Shown here piece by piece: positions 45,054 to 55,265 of a stretch of DNA of 64,000 nucleotides. Source of the stretch: a virus; the IMG/VR virus record IMGVR_UViG_3300020159_001814, positions 1 to 64,000 of that record. One strand, 5' to 3'. How positions within the stretch are numbered: the stretch's first letter is position 1; the number at the start of each line of letters is the position of its first letter. The notes beneath the pieces are model-generated. The model had not been told where the DNA came from. It made no database searches and saw nothing but the letters and a program-made list of their open reading frames with translations. A program made the position numbers and the translations under genes.

Positions 45054-45887
45054 TTATATATAATCATTACCAACTGTCCAATACATTATTGAGCCGTTAT
45101 ATGTGAACGTTAATATATCAGTTGCCCCGCCATTAGATGTTAGTACTACAGGTCCCCCACCATTTGCTACCTTATGTGTGCCTGACGCACCATTTACTTG
45201 ATTAAAAAATAAACTTCTTCCCCCAACACCGTCTTGTATTACTATCAAAGTCCCGTATTCACCATTTCTTACATTAATTAATGATAATGTTGTGTTTGCC
45301 GTTAGTGTTGCTTCATAATTTGTACTTAATCCGGAAACGTCCCAAACTACCGTTGATCCTGTTGACCCTATGTCGTTAAATGGGTTTATACTGACACCAC
45401 CACCAGACGTACCACTACTTCCACTTGTACCATTAATTCCTGATGTTCCATTAATTCCACTAGTTCCATTTATTCCTGATGTACCACTAGTTCCATTAAT
45501 TCCTGATGTACCACTAGTTCCATTTATTCCTGATGTACCACTAGTTCCATTAATTCCCGAAGTACCACTAGTTCCATTAATTCCGCTAGTTCCTGAAGTT
45601 CCATTAATTCCCGAAGTACCACTAGTTCCATTAATTCCCGAAGTACCACTAGTTCCATTAATTCCCGAAGTACCACTAGTTCCATTAATTCCCGAAGTAC
45701 CATTAATACCACTGGTGCCCGATCCGCCGGATGTACCACCAAAAATAGTTATAAGTTGTTGTAATTCTGCTTTATAAGATGACCCATCAGGGTTTTGTGA
45801 CGGGTCCCCAGTATAAACAATATGTATTAGGGTTGTTGGGGTAATTGCCGTTGATGCCGCTAATGTCCTGTCCGTTAATCTTGCCAT
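45054..45887 (-). CDS. collagen-like (Gly-X-Y) fibre protein with GTS/GIN repeats
   Basis: Long (GTS GTS GIN)n tract; C-terminal LIVIQDGVGGR...DILTF domain typical of phage fibre tips. Confidence 0.8.
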   Translation of the reverse strand: MARLTDRTLAASTAITPTTLIHIVYTGDPSQNPDGSSYKAELQQLITIFGGTSGGSGTSGINGTSGINGTSGTSGINGTSGTSGINGTSGTSGINGTSGTSGINGTSGTSGINGTSGTSGINGTSGTSGINGTSGTSGINGTSGINGTSGINGTSGSSGTSGGGVSINPFNDIGSTGSTVVWDVSGLSTNYEATLTANTTLSLINVRNGEYGTLIVIQDGVGGRSLFFNQVNGASGTHKVANGGGPVVLTSNGGATDILTFTYNGSIMYWTVGNDYI

Positions 45888-45907
45888 TTTTTTATTTTAT
45901 ATAATTT

Positions 45908-46189
45908 TTATTGAAATTTATATTCTTCACCATCTTGGAACTCAAATATTAATCCGTCTTGGAAAAGTTTATCTGAAACACTTAATGTTTCACAATACGT
46001 ACAATTATTATCATCTATTAATTTTATAGTATAAGTTTCATAAGTTTCATAAGTTTCAGGTAATATAAAACTATATGGTATGGTCGTTATTGTATCAATA
46101 TATTGACAAGTACCGTAACACGTATCACAAACCCATATGTGGTATGGTGAAGTTCCTAAAGTTATCGTATTTATTGTTACGTTTATCAT
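45908..46189 (-). CDS. single SprB-like domain small protein
   Basis: GTSPYHIWVCD...IKLIDDNNC. Confidence 0.65.
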   Translation of the reverse strand: MINVTINTITLGTSPYHIWVCDTCYGTCQYIDTITTIPYSFILPETYETYETYTIKLIDDNNCTYCETLSVSDKLFQDGLIFEFQDGEEYKFQ

Positions 46190-46207
46190 TTATTAAAAAT
46201 TTCCATT

Positions 46208-47803
46208 TTATTTACAAAATCCATTAACTTTACATTTTTGTGTTAAAGAACCTGTTTTATCATTAACCTCATAGATATAATCTTGGTATTTGATATAATC
46301 CACAGTTAATTTTCTTGTTAAACTACTATCCTTATACACATATATACCATCGGTTAATGTTTCTACACCGTATTCCGTATAGATTGTTATTGGTGATCCA
46401 AAGTTAGTCAATTCACAAACAGGACAAGAAATTGTATATTCACCTTTAACTTCCCAAGATTTAAACACAGGTGTTGGTGTTGGCTCAGGTGTAAAACATT
46501 CTATACAATCAACATATGTTGTTGCTGTTGTAGCAGTAAACACATCTTGGTTTGTTGCTATAAATCCTGTTGTTGGGTAATAACCAACAACATTTGTGAC
46601 ATAAACCCAACAATTACCATTATCATCTTTTAATACATTAGTTTCACAAAGATTTAGTGGTGGCGTTGCGGTTTGAACTATCATTGAATTATTAGTACAT
46701 GACGTAAATATAAATTGGGTTCCCATAGGATACGATGTTGGTGTTGGTGTCGGTGTTAGTGTTGCCGTTGGTGTTGGTGTCGGTGTTGCAGTTGGTGTTG
46801 GTGTCGGTGTAACACAAACACTACAATCACTAGTATATGCAGTAATTATTAATTCAAGATTACTATTTGTACTACTAAATAAATCTTTAGTGTATGTTAC
46901 ACATTTTATTTGGTCACTAATTACCGCCAAGAAAGTTGTACCAGTACTTAATGGTATACCGCTAAACACTATAGGTTCAGTAACGTAATATTTATTAAAC
47001 GTACCACATTCACTTAATTCTTTTGTTCTTGTACAAATAAATTTACCAGTATCTATTAAATAAGTAACACTATCCGCAGATGGCACAATAACGTTATAAC
47101 AAGGTGTTGGTGATGGTGTTGGTGATGGTGTTGGTGATGGTGTGATTTCTTCTGTTGATATATCGACAATAAACCCTTCACAAACATCGGGTGTTGGTGT
47201 TGGTGTTGGTGTAGGAGTTGGTGTTGCGGTTGGTGATGCTGTTGGTGATGGTGTAATACCACATTCTATTAATACATCAAAATCAAGTATAGAACAAGGG
47301 TCATATGGTGTTGGTGTAGGTACACATACTCCATTATATAAAATGGTCTCGTCAAGGTCGGGTGATGTTGATTCTGTCGGGTTTTGCCCAAAAAAATCAC
47401 ATTCACCACCTAAAGTTTCACTTAAACACCATTTTATACCATCATAAAAAATGTAACCATTGTTTGTTATTCCACTGTAATATGTATTAGTATTATAACT
47501 TCCCGCAAAAGTATATGACCCGTTATATCCAGTAAATGCACTTAAAGAAATATTAACGCAAAAATCTTCAGACCCACAATAGTCACTACAACCACCAGAA
47601 CCACAACCACCATTTGATATTGATACCCCGTCAAATATTACAGGTATACTACCGACACCACTAGACACTATAGTATAGCACCCATTTATTATGTTAGTAT
47701 CATCTGTAATTTCAAAACCATCACCGACGGTCGTACTATACGACCAACCCGTGGCACTATATACTAGATTATAACAACAACTACTTAAAACAACATTAGC
47801 CAT
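46208..47803 (-). CDS. Cys-rich modular protein with Pro-Thr/Ser mucin-like linkers
   Basis: Several [10 protein letters not shown] tracts. Confidence 0.8.
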   Translation of the reverse strand: MANVVLSSCCYNLVYSATGWSYSTTVGDGFEITDDTNIINGCYTIVSSGVGSIPVIFDGVSISNGGCGSGGCSDYCGSEDFCVNISLSAFTGYNGSYTFAGSYNTNTYYSGITNNGYIFYDGIKWCLSETLGGECDFFGQNPTESTSPDLDETILYNGVCVPTPTPYDPCSILDFDVLIECGITPSPTASPTATPTPTPTPTPTPDVCEGFIVDISTEEITPSPTPSPTPSPTPCYNVIVPSADSVTYLIDTGKFICTRTKELSECGTFNKYYVTEPIVFSGIPLSTGTTFLAVISDQIKCVTYTKDLFSSTNSNLELIITAYTSDCSVCVTPTPTPTATPTPTPTATLTPTPTPTSYPMGTQFIFTSCTNNSMIVQTATPPLNLCETNVLKDDNGNCWVYVTNVVGYYPTTGFIATNQDVFTATTATTYVDCIECFTPEPTPTPVFKSWEVKGEYTISCPVCELTNFGSPITIYTEYGVETLTDGIYVYKDSSLTRKLTVDYIKYQDYIYEVNDKTGSLTQKCKVNGFCK

Positions 47804-47857
47804 TCAGATTTAAACTTTATTATATAAATAATCGAAAGTTTATTTTATTGAAGTGTT

Positions 47858-48652
47858 TTATGAGAATATGTTAAAATATTGTCTCCAATCTGATTTGACA
47901 ATATTGTAACTTTCGGGGTTTAGATTATAGCAAAAATCATAATACTTTTCTTCGCTACCAACAACACCTTGTTCTAAATACATGTCTATATACCAAATAA
48001 AGTCGGCAATTAATTTATCAATCGTATTATTGTTTGGCACAAAAAAACAACCACCGTGAATAAACCTATACTGTGAAAACAAATGAAAAACATAATCACC
48101 TAATGATACGGTATCTTGGTGATTAAAGAATGTTATTTTATCTGAATAACCGTTATTTATTTTTTCTAAATTAGGCCAGTTAGGTATTGGCTGATTTATT
48201 TCATGTCTCAGAACCCCAGCATCCGCCCAAATAAAAAAATCAGAATCAAAATGTTTTTTCATTATTGATTCTTTTATGTAAAAAAGTTTATTAAAAATTA
48301 CAATATTATATAATGGTTTAGTCATTTCTGGAACCCTAAAATGTATTTTATTTTTAAATTCTTCAGAATTCATTAAACTATTTACCTTTTCATAATACAT
48401 TTGATGAGCAACCAAGTCCTCAACTTTTCTTATTTCAAAAATAGTTTTTTCTAAATTAGGGTCACAAACCATTCTATTTTTTTTAATTTCATCGTATAAT
48501 TTTTCATCAGTATAAATAACCATTGGCATGTCGTACATTAATAGGGCTTTCATCCAGTGAAGATATGTACCATATGCTAATTCATATCCATCCCAAGTAT
48601 CCCTACCAATATCAAACAATGCCGTTACAATGACCGGTTTTTCTATTTTCAT
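47858..48652 (-). CDS. glycosyltransferase, HtrL/YibB (WlaTC)-like
   Basis: IVTALFDIGR, YNIVIFNK, FIWADAG, IHGGCF, SEE. Confidence 0.7.
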   Translation of the reverse strand: MKIEKPVIVTALFDIGRDTWDGYELAYGTYLHWMKALLMYDMPMVIYTDEKLYDEIKKNRMVCDPNLEKTIFEIRKVEDLVAHQMYYEKVNSLMNSEEFKNKIHFRVPEMTKPLYNIVIFNKLFYIKESIMKKHFDSDFFIWADAGVLRHEINQPIPNWPNLEKINNGYSDKITFFNHQDTVSLGDYVFHLFSQYRFIHGGCFFVPNNNTIDKLIADFIWYIDMYLEQGVVGSEEKYYDFCYNLNPESYNIVKSDWRQYFNIFS

Positions 48653-49896
48653 AATTTTCCTGTTAGTCTTTCACCCCAACCTTTTGATGTTGTGTGTGTC
48701 CATACAACCCATTCTGTTGGTTTTATTGTTGTATTAAATTCCCTCCAAACATTTACAAAATCCCCTTGTTTTGACAAAATGTTGTTTATTTCGTTTTTAT
48801 CGGCGTCTTTTCTAAATATTTCATTACCATTATCATCTAAAAATATTACGGCCCAAAAATCATAATCAGATTCTTTTAAACTACCTTTATATAGGTCAAT
48901 ACAATGTTTAAAAACAGTTGAAAAGCTGTTTACCCATTCGTCTTCAGTTTCATAATTATATGGGTTTGGTGGGTATTGTTTATTAATAGTGTATTGTTGT
49001 ACCGCTCTTTTTGAAAAAAGTAATCCGGCATATTTTTCATAATCTTTTAACGTTCTTTCCTTTCCAAATCCGTATATATCATCATGGCCTTCTTGCATTA
49101 TACCATCCATACCAAACAACATTCTATTAAGTAAATGGGCCTTTTCATTTTTTTTATACCATTCTTTATCGTCGTCCCATTGTTTAGTTCTACCGTTTCT
49201 TGTATATTCATGCCATATAACAACTTTATGTGGGTGAAATAAATCATACCCATGTGTATATGCTCTAACCGCTATTGATATTTCTTCGCCGTGAAAATAA
49301 AAATTAGGGTTATGTTGTACTTCTTTTGAAAATACTCCTAATGTAAAACAAAAATGTGCGGAATAGAATCTTGATGTAATTGGTTCTGTTAACGTTTCCC
49401 AATTTGGGATTGTCTCAGGTAAAAAGAATACCGCACCTTCGGGTATGAATCTATCAAATACCATTCTCCAAGGAACATTAACCCTACCTTCGGGATCATT
49501 TTGTGGATTATAAGACGAAACATATCCAGTTAAAAGTGGTTTTTTATGTCCTTTTTTTTGTAAATCAACAACCATGTTAATTAGTGTTTCATCCCAATTT
49601 TTTTCAAATCTCATGTGTGAATCAATCTGCAAAGTATAATCTTCACCATCATATAACTGTTGGACCATATTTCTTGCCCAACAAACCCCTTTAGCATCTA
49701 AATATGGGACATCAACAATCCTAAATCTTTCATCATTTTCATATTCACTAAGGTCGTCAAATTTATCATCTATGTGATATTGTCGACATATACCAAATAC
49801 TAAACTTTCAGGATTTTTTGCGTTCAATAAACAATTCTTTATTGTTGGTATCAATTCGGGGTCCCTATAAGACGCGATTTGTATAAAAATTTTCAT
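48649..49896 (-). CDS. GT60-like polypeptide/hydroxyproline alpha-GlcNAc transferase (GlcNAc family)
   Basis: IFIQIASYRDPE, GVCWAR, LQIDSHMRF..WD, FHGEE, RAYTHGYD. Confidence 0.85.
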   Translation of the reverse strand: MKIFIQIASYRDPELIPTIKNCLLNAKNPESLVFGICRQYHIDDKFDDLSEYENDERFRIVDVPYLDAKGVCWARNMVQQLYDGEDYTLQIDSHMRFEKNWDETLINMVVDLQKKGHKKPLLTGYVSSYNPQNDPEGRVNVPWRMVFDRFIPEGAVFFLPETIPNWETLTEPITSRFYSAHFCFTLGVFSKEVQHNPNFYFHGEEISIAVRAYTHGYDLFHPHKVVIWHEYTRNGRTKQWDDDKEWYKKNEKAHLLNRMLFGMDGIMQEGHDDIYGFGKERTLKDYEKYAGLLFSKRAVQQYTINKQYPPNPYNYETEDEWVNSFSTVFKHCIDLYKGSLKESDYDFWAVIFLDDNGNEIFRKDADKNEINNILSKQGDFVNVWREFNTTIKPTEWVVWTHTTSKGWGERLTGKL

Positions 49897-49965
49897 ACTA
49901 CCAATATATATAAAAAAAAATTTGTGTAAATAATATTTAATATCTACGTATAACAGTCGGTGTTG

Positions 49966-50367
49966 TTATATATTTAATTCAAAAGTATAACCTGACAAAC
50001 TACATAAAATAGGTTCAATAGTAGGTGTGGGTGTAGGTGTAGGTGTTGCGGTTGGTGTTATTTTATTTAATTCAAAACTATATCCAGACATACTACATAA
50101 AACAGGTGTTGGTGTAGGTGTTGGTGTTGGTGTAGGTGTTGGTGTTGGTTCGCAAGGGGAATCAATCAAATCTACGCACCCATAATTATCAACAATCCTA
50201 ACTTTTAATAACCCTTCTTTAGGAAAATAATTATCAGAGTTAATAAAAACATTTGGTGGTATTGAAGTTACTCCCGATATATAAAAACAACCGGTTAAAT
50301 CCCAATTACAAAGATATATGTCATACGGACCGACCCCATTTGTTACACCTGTTATTTCAATAATCAT
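49966..50367 (-). CDS. SprB-like domain plus Pro-Thr repeats
   Basis: GVGPYDIYLC...VRIVDNYGC; two PTPTPT tracts; duplicated LCSxSGYxFELN. Confidence 0.75.
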   Translation of the reverse strand: MIIEITGVTNGVGPYDIYLCNWDLTGCFYISGVTSIPPNVFINSDNYFPKEGLLKVRIVDNYGCVDLIDSPCEPTPTPTPTPTPTPTPVLCSMSGYSFELNKITPTATPTPTPTPTIEPILCSLSGYTFELNI

Positions 50368-50368
50368 T

Positions 50369-50656
50369 TTATATCCAAACTAATCCATCCCCACTTTCAG
50401 TGGTTATTATGAGTTCGTTCTCAGTTAAAATAAAGAAGGTATCTAATGTACAATAAACATATTTAAAAGTAAAACACCCAGTACTATCAACCAATTTTAT
50501 TATCAATGTTTGTGCAGTAGAAAAAAAGGAATTTAAGGTGTATGTTCCACCTGTAGGTCCAAGCAAAAAACAAGTATTCATATATTCGTCACAAACATAA
50601 AAACTATAGGGTGGTGTGCCACCTGTTTCACCTGATATGATAAGTTGACTTGTCAT
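50369..50656 (-). CDS. single SprB-like domain small protein
   Basis: GGTPPYSFYVCD...IKLVDSTGC. Confidence 0.7.
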   Translation of the reverse strand: MTSQLIISGETGGTPPYSFYVCDEYMNTCFLLGPTGGTYTLNSFFSTAQTLIIKLVDSTGCFTFKYVYCTLDTFFILTENELIITTESGDGLVWI

Positions 50657-52905
50657 AATATAAAGTATGTTGAGTCATGAATTGTGTATGCACTTGTAGT
50701 CCCTGTGTAACTATATATTAAGAATTCACTTGATGTTGTTATACCGGTTAATGATCTAGTGTAAATTTCAAAATCCCTTCTATCTGATGGGTTATTTAAT
50801 TTTACAGTATAATAGTAATTATACCTTCCATAATAACCTAAATTATTTGATGATGCTTGGTAAGTAAAACCAGATGTATCAAAATTAAATGTTTTACCAC
50901 TTAATGAATTTACTAATGTTGGTGATGTTCCGCTATAAACAATTGTTTCATTTATATATTTTGGTATATATATGTATCCTACTGATGTCGTTCCTGTTTG
51001 TGATGTTGTGCCGCTGCACAGAGCATAAACATAAGCAACAGGATTTGTATATCTAGAACTAACAGTTGTTGTTCCAGTATAATTATTTGTTGTCCCTGTA
51101 GATTGTGTATTAATAGTATTAACAACTGATAATACATTTCCTTGTATACTACAATTAGGGTCATATGTTAAACCATCATAAACCGTCGGCATTGTAAATC
51201 TTAAAGTATAATCACTACCAGTTATGCCAGTTGTAACAACTGATCCAGTATGTAAAAGGTATTGTTTAACTGTAGACCCATCTGAACCACATATACTGGT
51301 ACCTGTGGTGGATGGTAGTGACAAATAAAGATATCTGTAATATCTAATATCTGTTGGATCACTTGGAGTCCCGCTCCATGGGCCTGATGAAGTAGCACAA
51401 ATACCTGTGGTGGTTGTTGTACCAGTAATTGCCTTTAAATATGAATTATAATATGCGTTAAAATCCGTAAAATCTGTAAACTGAATGTCTATTATACCTA
51501 ATGTTCCTCCACTAATATATTTTTTAAATGTTATTGTTCCTGTGGAGCTAGCAGCACAGATGTCAGGTGTGGTATAATAAGGGTTAGTTGCAGATGCTTG
51601 GATTGTATTTAAATATAAAAAATTACCCACCCCTATTAAATTATTAACACCGGAACCGTACATGCTAACATCATAGTAAGGCACATTATTACTTAAGATA
51701 AAAGACCCGTCAGTTGCAATATATTTACTAAAATCATCAGCACTTCTACTACAAGCACTAACACTAAATGATACTGTATTGGAATTACATCCACCGGTAA
51801 TTGTTGTGATTGTTGATGCGGAAATTTTATAAGGAAAATTATTTAAAATACAAGTATCTTGTGAAAAACCACTTAAACATGTAAAATAAAAATCCCAATT
51901 AGTTTCATTGTTAAACTGATTTGGTATGACTTCAATTCTTAAAGAGTCTCCTATGTTTCTAGTTAAACCAGTTAAACATGTCACCTTTTTAAGGTATGTT
52001 GCTTGTGAAATAGTATCGGCACTTTTTGGAAATTTATTTAAACTAAAATCGGATCTAATTAAGTTAGACCCAACTGTTATGTCTTCAATTAAAAGTTCTT
52101 CAGAATATGCGGAACCAATATATGTTAATCTTAATCTATCTTCAACAGCAAATCCTTTAAACTTCCAAGCGAAATAATCAGTAATACCCGTAAAAAGAAA
52201 TGTTGCTTCCAAAGCCTGTGGTGTCGATCCAACAGATGCTGATAAAAAATTTACCCTATGTTCATAATATGGGTTATCACTACTATCACCATTACCACAA
52301 GTAAACGCGTCTACAGTTACTGTTGTTAAATCAAAACATTCTAATTCTGCGGGGATATTACCTGTGCCCCCTGTTTGTGAAAAAGTTAGACCACTTAATT
52401 TTATTTTATCAATGATAGGTACATATGTACCTGCTTGTGCAAATATAGAACTAGTGCCCGTTAATGGATGCGTAAAAGAATATGGTGTAAATTCAGAACC
52501 CTTTCCCGAAACATAAACAGGATTTGTAGTATCCCCTGTTTCATACCAAAATATTCTATAATCAGTAATGTTTGATTCGCAAGCACCTGTAAGGTTACCA
52601 GCAACAATTCTACCAACAGTCGATGCACTATAACTACTAAAATCCAATTCACAACTAACACATAAATCATTAGACTGCACAAAAGTATCACAATAACACC
52701 CTGTCGATATATCTAATATTCTTATTTGTGTTGTTCCGTTGGGTACTTCAATATAATACGGACATTCATTGCCGGTTATTGCTGATAAATTTATACTACT
52801 TTGTATTGGGGTAGTAAACCCATCATAATCACTATATATATTCATAACCCCACCAAGTGGTGTTGTTCCTGTGTAAGATAAACATGTTACTGCCGAAAAT
52901 GACAT
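50653..52905 (-). CDS. Thr/Ser/Gly-rich virion structural protein
   Basis: 750 aa beta-rich composition, in structural module. Confidence 0.7.
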   Translation of the reverse strand: MSFSAVTCLSYTGTTPLGGVMNIYSDYDGFTTPIQSSINLSAITGNECPYYIEVPNGTTQIRILDISTGCYCDTFVQSNDLCVSCELDFSSYSASTVGRIVAGNLTGACESNITDYRIFWYETGDTTNPVYVSGKGSEFTPYSFTHPLTGTSSIFAQAGTYVPIIDKIKLSGLTFSQTGGTGNIPAELECFDLTTVTVDAFTCGNGDSSDNPYYEHRVNFLSASVGSTPQALEATFLFTGITDYFAWKFKGFAVEDRLRLTYIGSAYSEELLIEDITVGSNLIRSDFSLNKFPKSADTISQATYLKKVTCLTGLTRNIGDSLRIEVIPNQFNNETNWDFYFTCLSGFSQDTCILNNFPYKISASTITTITGGCNSNTVSFSVSACSRSADDFSKYIATDGSFILSNNVPYYDVSMYGSGVNNLIGVGNFLYLNTIQASATNPYYTTPDICAASSTGTITFKKYISGGTLGIIDIQFTDFTDFNAYYNSYLKAITGTTTTTGICATSSGPWSGTPSDPTDIRYYRYLYLSLPSTTGTSICGSDGSTVKQYLLHTGSVVTTGITGSDYTLRFTMPTVYDGLTYDPNCSIQGNVLSVVNTINTQSTGTTNNYTGTTTVSSRYTNPVAYVYALCSGTTSQTGTTSVGYIYIPKYINETIVYSGTSPTLVNSLSGKTFNFDTSGFTYQASSNNLGYYGRYNYYYTVKLNNPSDRRDFEIYTRSLTGITTSSEFLIYSYTGTTSAYTIHDSTYFIL

Positions 52906-52928
52906 AATTTTATTTTATTAATTTTAGT

Positions 52929-55256
52929 TTATGGGCAAGGTATTTCTTCTATACAACTCACATCATACACTATTGTTAATGATAAATTTACTTCAACATC
53001 CGCCAAAGGATTTGAGTCACCGTCACAAGATGATATGATTTGTAATGTATTGTTAATAGTATCTAATGTGTATGATTCAACATCACTTATACCTGATAAT
53101 ATGTTTTCTATTGTTTGTTTCCATAATAAATCTGATGGTACGTCGGTGTTCGTTGATCCAGTATAAAAACTTTCGGTATATGATATTCCACTTATTTCTA
53201 AATTACATATGTATTCCGCAGAATTCAAACTACACCCAGTGTATCCGTCAGTTATGTCAAGATAACCTTCACCCAACATTTCTAAAAACCCTCTTTTAGC
53301 CCCTGTAGTTGTTGTAAATAAATTTTCACATATGTTATAAACACCATAACTACTAACTATATTTGTTAAACAATTAATACTAAAAGGTAATGTCGCAGTA
53401 CATCCGTTTGAATCTGTAACAATAACAGTGTATGTTCCGGCAGTAAGTCCTGTCACAGTACTACCTGTTTGTGAACAACAGACATTTTCAGACCAATCAT
53501 ATTCAAAGGTTGGTTTACCTTCATATATAACAACCTCCGCAGTTCCGTCATCCCCATTAACACAATCATTTGTTACAATATTTGCAACCAAATTACCAGC
53601 AGTTGTTACATTAATGTCTTTTTTTACTGAACACCCTTGTTCATCCGTAACCGTAACCGTATATAACCCCTCGGTTAAGTTATTAAAGGTATATGATGTC
53701 AAATTAGTATCTAATATTGTTTGACCATCACTTAAAAGGTAGTCTAAAACACCCGTATATCCAGTACCAACATCAATTTTAATAAATCCATTCGAAGAAA
53801 AGCAAGTCGCTCCACTTGTTGTTGCTGTAAAATCAAATTTTTGTACAGAACTAATATTTAAAAATGTACTATATGAACATTCTGTACCTGATCCAGAAAT
53901 ACTTAATAGGTATGTATCGTTTGGTAAATTATTAAAAGTGTAATTTTGATTTTGAGATACATTACCATATAATTGATTAGTATTTTGTCCTGATAGTGCG
54001 TACGCGTAATACCCACTTAACCCTTGTATTTCAACATAAACTGACCCGTTATTAATATCACAATTTGAATTCGTAATGACAGTGTTAACAACATTAAACC
54101 CATTTACAGGACTTAAAAACCCACCGAGAATCGTCTCACAAAAATTAGCATCCCTAACAACCACACTATAACCACCACTAGACAAACCAGTTATCGAAAA
54201 CGTGTCAGATAATGTGTATCCTACTTGTGATGTACTTGCCGAATAATAAAAAGGTACAGTTCCACCTGTTAATGTATAATTTAAAGTCCCATCAGAAGAA
54301 AAACAAGACGGATTATCCGAAGTTAGTAACCCTAAACCTAAAGGTTGTGCCTGCCCTATAGATTCATTTTTTGTTGTCGAGCAACCTAAACTATCAGTTA
54401 CAGTACAAGAATATGTTCCTATTGTTAATCCCGTAATTAATTGTGTTGTTTCACCGTTTGACCATAAGTATGTATACGGACCATTTCCAGTAATACCGGT
54501 TATGGCTAATTTACCTTTATCTATTACACATGTTGATGTGTTTACTTTCCAGAACCCAAAATCGACACTGGTGCTTGCCGAAACTATGACATTTTCTGTG
54601 TCTGCAGTTGTTGATCCATAGTCGTATATAGTCGCATAATAAATACCGTCACTTAGATTACTAACCAAATATGGGAAAGTATTTGTGGTGTATAACCCAT
54701 AAAATGAATTATCCCTATAAACAACAATATTATAAGGGCTGGCTGATGATGTTGCACTTAAACTAAAAGAACCGTTATTACCACCACATGTTGTTCCACT
54801 AACATTATATATATTAGCATTAAAACAATTACTGATGTTAACATTAATATATAATTCATTATTTTGTAACCCTAACGTATCATTTAACCTAAAAACATAA
54901 GTACCACCTGTAAGTCCGGTAAAATTAAATGGGCCGTTAGCCGTTTGTCCACTTAAAGTTCCAGGAATAACATTATCCACAGTATAAGGTAGTGTCCCAC
55001 CAAAACCATTTATTGTTAAATTACCGTACCCGCTATCACAAATCCCCGTAACTGTGAAATTATAACTTAAAGGTCCGTAATTACAACTATCTGTACATGC
55101 ACTTGTTGGTTCTAAGTACACCCCTACGGCCGAACCTGAGTATATTACGTCAACACACACACTTTCAAGGCCAGGTGATAAACCTGTTTGATTTAAACCA
55201 CAACAGTCTATATAATTATAGTACCCACCTAATGTAAAACCTGATACACAAGCCAT
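52929..55256 (-). CDS. multi-SprB-repeat structural/adhesin protein
   Basis: GNGPYTYLWSNG...CTVTDSLGC; YTVTVTDEQGC; YTVIVTDSNGC. Confidence 0.8.
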   Translation of the reverse strand: MACVSGFTLGGYYNYIDCCGLNQTGLSPGLESVCVDVIYSGSAVGVYLEPTSACTDSCNYGPLSYNFTVTGICDSGYGNLTINGFGGTLPYTVDNVIPGTLSGQTANGPFNFTGLTGGTYVFRLNDTLGLQNNELYINVNISNCFNANIYNVSGTTCGGNNGSFSLSATSSASPYNIVVYRDNSFYGLYTTNTFPYLVSNLSDGIYYATIYDYGSTTADTENVIVSASTSVDFGFWKVNTSTCVIDKGKLAITGITGNGPYTYLWSNGETTQLITGLTIGTYSCTVTDSLGCSTTKNESIGQAQPLGLGLLTSDNPSCFSSDGTLNYTLTGGTVPFYYSASTSQVGYTLSDTFSITGLSSGGYSVVVRDANFCETILGGFLSPVNGFNVVNTVITNSNCDINNGSVYVEIQGLSGYYAYALSGQNTNQLYGNVSQNQNYTFNNLPNDTYLLSISGSGTECSYSTFLNISSVQKFDFTATTSGATCFSSNGFIKIDVGTGYTGVLDYLLSDGQTILDTNLTSYTFNNLTEGLYTVTVTDEQGCSVKKDINVTTAGNLVANIVTNDCVNGDDGTAEVVIYEGKPTFEYDWSENVCCSQTGSTVTGLTAGTYTVIVTDSNGCTATLPFSINCLTNIVSSYGVYNICENLFTTTTGAKRGFLEMLGEGYLDITDGYTGCSLNSAEYICNLEISGISYTESFYTGSTNTDVPSDLLWKQTIENILSGISDVESYTLDTINNTLQIISSCDGDSNPLADVEVNLSLTIVYDVSCIEEIPCP

Positions 55257-55265
55257 TCTATATTA

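Noticed and set aside
32795-45735. CRISPR array interpretation of the repeats
   Set aside because: Repeats are tandem or coding, without unique spacers; no cas operon (the Cas4-like nuclease sits in a replication cluster)
45370-45777. PLVPLIPEV and VVLRELMEL repeat ORFs
   Set aside because: Alternate-frame readings of the collagen-like repeat
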